The notes below the pieces were generated by a model. It did not search any database. It had not been told where the DNA came from and was given only the letters and a program-made list of their open reading frames with translations. 64,000 nucleotides of DNA from Pedobacter sp. (GTDB lineage Bacteria > Desulfobacterota > Desulfuromonadia > Desulfuromonadales > Syntrophotaleaceae), in NCBI GenBank assembly GCA_050253415.1, contig JBFWJC010000001.1, positions 1,695,660 to 1,759,659 of the forward strand, read 5' to 3'. Position numbers and translations under genes: made by a program. How positions within the stretch are numbered: the first letter of the stretch is position 1; every line of letters starts with the position of its first letter. Positions 60,258 through 64,000 of the stretch are shown in pieces.

Positions 60258-60372
60258 GCCCAACCAGCAAATCAAGCGGATGGAATGGGGCTGGGTGCTT
60301 CCCTAAAAACAAAATCAAACTGCGGTAGTAGGCCGAAACTTCGCGTTGCCACCGCTTATCACGACGTTATGT
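60258..60372 (+). repeat. attC8 (115 bp, identical to attC1 up to the GTT)
   Basis: GCCCAAC...GTTATGT. Confidence 0.9.
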
Positions 60373-60400
60373 GTAACGAAAAAAAGGATCGGATAAGTTA

Positions 60401-60868
60401 ATGGATAAAGTGCTTAGTAAATTTCAAATTGGAAACATTTATGGTGGATTAATAATAATATTGAGCGGCGTAATTCCTACAGGATTACTTCTTAGGAAAA
60501 TATTCGGAGGTATGTACGGTCCTTCATTCAAAAACATTTCCCCAGCCATATACCATCTCATAAATATATCTATTTCTTATTTAGTTACAGGTCTTTTTGT
60601 GTATGTATTTTTGAAAAGACTAGACATCTTTAATCGTTTAAAAAAAGATTATGCGAGTACTGCTTTATTCGCTGTTGGAAATGGTATCATCCTCTTCTAT
60701 CTTGCTGTTAGAATTTTTTCTTCAACTATTCCAGGCGGTGGGGCTCCAATGGTTGTTTCAATGCTTGGCATTTACCCGTTACTTATTTCAAAGGCATTAC
60801 TGTATATTGCAATCGTGAGAGTCCTAATTGGGGTAGAGCCACGGACGAAACAACAAATAATCACATAA
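60401..60868 (+). CDS. Cassette 9: four-TM membrane protein
   Basis: Four hydrophobic segments; stop inside ACATAAC. Confidence 0.8.
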   Translation: MDKVLSKFQIGNIYGGLIIILSGVIPTGLLLRKIFGGMYGPSFKNISPAIYHLINISISYLVTGLFVYVFLKRLDIFNRLKKDYASTALFAVGNGIILFYLAVRIFSSTIPGGGAPMVVSMLGIYPLLISKALLYIAIVRVLIGVEPRTKQQIIT

Positions 60869-60923
60869 CCAAACACTTCAGTGGACACGCAAACAGCGCG
60901 CGCCACTGAGTTCAACGTTAGAT
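60863..60923 (+). repeat. attC9 (61 bp, short 59-be type)
   Basis: ACATAAC..CTTCAGTGGAC..GCCACTGAG..GTTAGAT. Confidence 0.88.
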
Positions 60924-60986
60924 TGCAGAATTTAAAAATAGAAAGAATAAGGATCTTGGACTTTTCAGTAAATGGGGTAGTAGACC

Positions 60987-61427
60987 ATGAATTTTCAAAT
61001 GGATCATATTGTTATCAACACTGTTGATATTAGCAAGTCGCTTCATTTCTACACGAAAATTCTTGATTTGCCCGGCGAACGGATAGAAGAATTTAAAAAC
61101 AATCAAGTTCCTTTCCCATCAGTTCGAATTACAAAAGACACCATTATCGACCTTTTCCCAAAAAAACTTTGGAAAACAACAAATCCTGAAAACGTTTGCC
61201 GCCCCAACCTCAATCATTTCTGTCTCTCTACGAGTAAAAATAATTGGGAATCGCTACAGGTAAAACTTAAAGAAAACCATATTTCAATTGACGATGGCCC
61301 ATCTAAACGCTGGGGCGCTCACGGTTCAGGTTTTTCTATCTATTTTCGTGACCCAGATGAAAACGTGATTGAAGTTCGTTATTACGAAAATGATGAGGTT
61401 GACCGACCTTGCATACTCAGTTCGTAG
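60987..61427 (+). CDS. Cassette 10: VOC/glyoxalase-family protein
   Basis: MDHIVINTVDISKSLHFY, NHFCL, IYFRDPDENVIEV. Confidence 0.9.
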   Translation: MNFQMDHIVINTVDISKSLHFYTKILDLPGERIEEFKNNQVPFPSVRITKDTIIDLFPKKLWKTTNPENVCRPNLNHFCLSTSKNNWESLQVKLKENHISIDDGPSKRWGAHGSGFSIYFRDPDENVIEVRYYENDEVDRPCILSS

Positions 61428-61444
61428 AATTGTAAGAGAAGGCA

Positions 61445-61561
61445 ATCTAACAAACTAATCAACCGGACGGAAAAAACGTCTGTGCTAATTTGTAAAACAA
61501 AACCATATTGAGGTGGTGCACACAAGGACACGTCGCCGCCGGTTATCATGAACCGTTAGAA
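61445..61561 (+). repeat. attC10 (117 bp)
   Basis: ATCTAAC..ATCAACCGGACGG..CCGCCGGTTAT..GTTAGAA. Confidence 0.88.
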
Positions 61562-61571
61562 TGCCTTAGAC

Positions 61572-61868
61572 ATGCCAGTAAAAAAAGAGCTGAAAATTGG
61601 CATTTTGATGCTACTAGGCTTAGCAATCATCTCCGCTATGGTAGGGGATTTGGGGCTTATCTTGTTTACTGCAGGCATGTCAATCCTCGGCCTATTTTCA
61701 ATATTTTTATACCAATTCAAAGTAAAGGGTGCGACAACCTTTTTGATGCTCAAAGTTCCTCTAAATATCTTTTTTAATATTTTTTTGATTACTCTTTTGT
61801 TGAAATCTTGGGCCATGCGTGAGTTTAAAGAGGACCTAGAACAGCTTAATAATCAAGTTGGGCAGTAA
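61572..61868 (+). CDS. Cassette 11: small three-TM membrane protein
   Basis: Hydrophobic 98-aa ORF filling the cassette. Confidence 0.75.
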   Translation: MPVKKELKIGILMLLGLAIISAMVGDLGLILFTAGMSILGLFSIFLYQFKVKGATTFLMLKVPLNIFFNIFLITLLLKSWAMREFKEDLEQLNNQVGQ

Positions 61869-61871
61869 ATA

Positions 61872-61977
61872 TTCTAACCAAAAAATCAACCGGACTGAGT
61901 GATACAGGGGCAATTCTCGGGGAAGTTTCTAGTAGTTTGTGGGTTCTTGACGCAGCCGGTTATTAAAATCGTTAAAT
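61872..61977 (+). repeat. attC11 (106 bp, family B)
   Basis: TTCTAAC..ATCAACCGGACTG..CAGCCGGTTAT..GTTAAAT. Confidence 0.9.
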
Positions 61978-61984
61978 TTCAGAA

Positions 61985-62260
61985 ATGACAAAAAGTGGAA
62001 TAAAGAAAATTGAAAGTTTAATCTGCAAACTCGAAGATTTTTTGGCAGGTAAAAACAGTGTGAGGTTTGCCAACGAAATTGAGAGCGATTTTATTGAACT
62101 ATTTTACGAAGACGATGAAATATTCAATATTGCAGATGCGCTCGCACAATACAGGCCTGAGGGCGGAGACTTTTTATATGATAAAGAAACAATAAAACCA
62201 ACGTGTGAACATTTGATAAATCTTCTGAAGTTAAGGTTGCAAAAAAGAAAAGAAATCTAA
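61985..62260 (+). CDS. Cassette 12: small acidic helical protein, possibly immunity-like
   Basis: 91 aa, LAQYRPEGGDFLYD; stop inside ATCTAAC. Function not established. Confidence 0.7.
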   Translation: MTKSGIKKIESLICKLEDFLAGKNSVRFANEIESDFIELFYEDDEIFNIADALAQYRPEGGDFLYDKETIKPTCEHLINLLKLRLQKRKEI

Positions 62261-62327
62261 CAAAGGGCTTCAGCGGATTTGCAAAACGCTCCGCGTTTCG
62301 CAAACGCGCTGAGCCCAATCGTTAGCT
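62255..62327 (+). repeat. attC12 (73 bp, family C)
   Basis: ATCTAAC..GGGCTTCAGCGGATTTGC..GCAAACGCGCTGAGCCC..GTTAGCT. Confidence 0.9.
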
Positions 62328-62341
62328 GGGGTATTATTTGA

Positions 62342-62548
62342 ATGGGCGAGCTCGTAAAAAAATACAATTCAAGAGTTCTCTTGGGAGTGATGTTAATACT
62401 ATCAGGTGCTTACTATAGAAAAACCGGATGGAGTCTACAATATAATCAGCCCGTTTTTAAATGGGTCGGCTGGCTCTGGATTGCTTGTGGTGTTTTTGTT
62501 TTAGTCTATGAATTTTACACATTCATGAAAATAAATTACGGTAATTAG
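62342..62548 (+). CDS. Cassette 13: small two-TM protein
   Basis: 68-aa ORF followed by about 145 bp with no clear coding role before the attC. Confidence 0.6.
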   Translation: MGELVKKYNSRVLLGVMLILSGAYYRKTGWSLQYNQPVFKWVGWLWIACGVFVLVYEFYTFMKINYGN

Positions 62549-62693
62549 AAAAACAATATGCATAAAGCCTTTCACTCAATTTGAAAAATAACATTATATC
62601 AATCAAGCCAGATGGGTCATGTGTTTGTGGCTATGGCGACATCAGAACCCACGAAGAGTATAACCCATATGCCAGGCCCGTACCCGGGACGGC

Positions 62694-62798
62694 TGCTAAC
62701 CACACGCTGCACTCGGACGGGGTAGAGAGCGGCGGTTCCCGTTTAGGTCTCTACGAGGCCGGAACGTCCCGTCGCCGCCGGTGACCTTTACGTTAGCG
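62694..62798 (+). repeat. attC13 (105 bp, GC-rich)
   Basis: TGCTAAC..GCACTCGGACGG..CCGCCGGTGA..GTTAGCG. Confidence 0.8.
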
Positions 62799-62818
62799 CC
62801 ATAGAAGTATGACAAATA

Positions 62819-63271
62819 ATGAGCACAGTCAAACATACTGCATCATTTGAAATACGCCGGCCTGTAAATGAGCTGTTTCCTTTATTTAGCGCAGAAGGAG
62901 AAAAGCTGTGGGTGCCGGGTTGGAGCTACGAGAACATAATGGGAGGCACCGAACTGCATGAGGATTATGTTTTCGTCTCAAGAAACCATGATCATGCTGC
63001 ATCAGATGCCATATGGATGGTGAAGCGGTATGAACCCGACAATTATCTGGTGCAGTTCTACAAGGTTGAGCCAGGCGAAAAGATCGGAGTCATTGAAGTT
63101 AGGTGCTTCGAGTTGAACGAGTCCCAGACTAAGGTGCAGGTAACCTACGAATACATCGGGTTGTCGGAGGCTGGTGATCGTTTTATATCCAGCTTTACCT
63201 CCTCCGAATACAACGCCTTCATAGACGAGTGGGAATCGCTGCTGGTGAGGTATTTTGAGGGAAAGCGCTAA
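62819..63271 (+). CDS. Cassette 14: SRPBCC/START-like protein
   Basis: LFPLFSAEGEKLWVPGW, C-terminal helix; stop inside CGCTAAC. Confidence 0.7.
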   Translation: MSTVKHTASFEIRRPVNELFPLFSAEGEKLWVPGWSYENIMGGTELHEDYVFVSRNHDHAASDAIWMVKRYEPDNYLVQFYKVEPGEKIGVIEVRCFELNESQTKVQVTYEYIGLSEAGDRFISSFTSSEYNAFIDEWESLLVRYFEGKR

Positions 63272-63352
63272 CAACGCCATCAACACGGACGGTCTTGGTC
63301 AACGCGCCTTTGGCACGTCGCCCAACCCCGCCGGTTATGGCAAACGTTATAA
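63266..63352 (+). repeat. attC14 (87 bp)
   Basis: CGCTAAC..GCCATCAACACGGACGG..CCGCCGGTTATGGC..GTTATAA. Confidence 0.85.
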
Positions 63353-63355
63353 GTC

Positions 63356-63757
63356 ATGAGAATTCTAGCCATATTCCTACTATTCCTTATCCTGTTAGGC
63401 TGTTCTGTGTCTGAACGCCAAGATTGGAAATTCATGGAATCAGTTGGCGGACTAACCATTGTCGGACAAGATAAGAACCCAAACTGGCTGATTATTCGTG
63501 GAGATGTTTCTGGGATTAAAGAGTTCAGCCACAAGCCCACGCAACTCAACTCAGCCATAGCAGTCAAAGAGGTTGAGGCCATCGTTCAAGGCGCAACCAT
63601 TCAGCTTTATGTCGTAACAACATTGGTGAGCGACAAATATCCAAATACTGAAATATCAGGTGTCAACATATCAGGGGCAAAAAAGGGAACCTGCCTGGTT
63701 CAATACATCAATCCTGATGGCACAACAGTAGATTTGAAACAAATCACTATATATTGA
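63356..63757 (+). CDS. Cassette 15: putative lipoprotein
   Basis: Lipobox LLGC. Confidence 0.8.
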   Translation: MRILAIFLLFLILLGCSVSERQDWKFMESVGGLTIVGQDKNPNWLIIRGDVSGIKEFSHKPTQLNSAIAVKEVEAIVQGATIQLYVVTTLVSDKYPNTEISGVNISGAKKGTCLVQYINPDGTTVDLKQITIY

Positions 63758-63764
63758 CAAAAAT

Positions 63765-63867
63765 TTATAACAATCTCATCAACCGGACTGGGTGTAACAG
63801 GGGCTCTTTCGTTTGGTCTCTGCAAGTTTCACTGTTCCAGCGCAGCCGGTTATAAAAATCGTTAGCC
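63765..63867 (+). repeat. attC15 (103 bp, family B)
   Basis: TTATAAC..ATCAACCGGACTG..CAGCCGGTTAT..GTTAGCC. Confidence 0.9.
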
Positions 63868-63876
63868 GTACACAAG

Positions 63877-64000
63877 TGACCTTACCCCGTTGACTGGACC
63901 AGTTTTAGGTTAGTGATTCCAGCCTTTATGTGCTGATTGAAGTTTGCAGCAAATTCCTCCGGGGTCAGTTGGTTGAGCGAACGATGTGGTCGGTGCGCGT
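63877..64000 (-). mobile_element. Right end of an IS3-family element (IS407-group-like); transposase C-terminus 63882-64000
   Basis: Terminal TGACCTTACCCC; minus-strand frame reads AHRPHRSLNQLTPEEFAANFNQHIKAGITNLKLVQSTG*, the IS3 RPHxSLxxxTP motif. Confidence 0.85.

Larger units (their letters stand above)
54631..63876 (+). mobile_element. Integron: intI + attI + 15 complete cassettes (a 16th interrupted by an IS)
   Basis: All cassette ORFs on +, each followed by an AAC...GTT hairpin site; each cassette's left core is complementary (0-1 mismatch) to its own inverse core. Confidence 0.95.

Noticed and set aside
62581..62784. 67-aa ORF containing GYGD (K+ channel filter-like)
   Set aside because: No TM helices, TTG start, and it runs through attC13; likely chance.
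56160..63867. Recurring repeats read as a CRISPR array
   Set aside because: Repeats are 61-117 bp and variable, are separated by whole genes, and lie next to intI with no cas genes; they are attC sites.

Overview
A 64-kb bacterial chromosomal segment. Gene content (multiple MCPs ending in EFGKY/EFGRY, a sigma54 activator, a deltaproteobacterial-type Fur box) suggests a Desulfuromonadales/Geobacter-like organism, but that assignment is inference. Positions 1-54.5 kb hold housekeeping and accessory genes: a sigma54 stress module with a visible -24/-12 promoter and paired enhancer palindromes, a RelA/SpoT-domain synthetase, OmpA/DUF4398 lipoproteins, a tandem-CZB chemoreceptor, ettA, an ACT-GlnE hybrid, NfeD/flotillin, a TetR-controlled VIT/vWA GlyGly-CTERM protein + rhombosortase + LplT-Aas fusion, an AT-rich ATP-grasp/sulfotransferase block, and sbcDC. 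The last ~9.4 kb is an integron: intI (54631-55632), attI (crossover G|TT at 55770/55771), 15 complete gene cassettes with traceable attC sites from several sequence families, an apparently exact copy of cassette 8 in position 1, and an IS3-family element inserted just inside cassette 16. Three real small or partial genes are missing from the ORF track (DUF2325, DUF3309, entericidin). No rRNA, tRNA or CRISPR array was recognised. All family assignments come from motif recognition by eye; no database searches were run.
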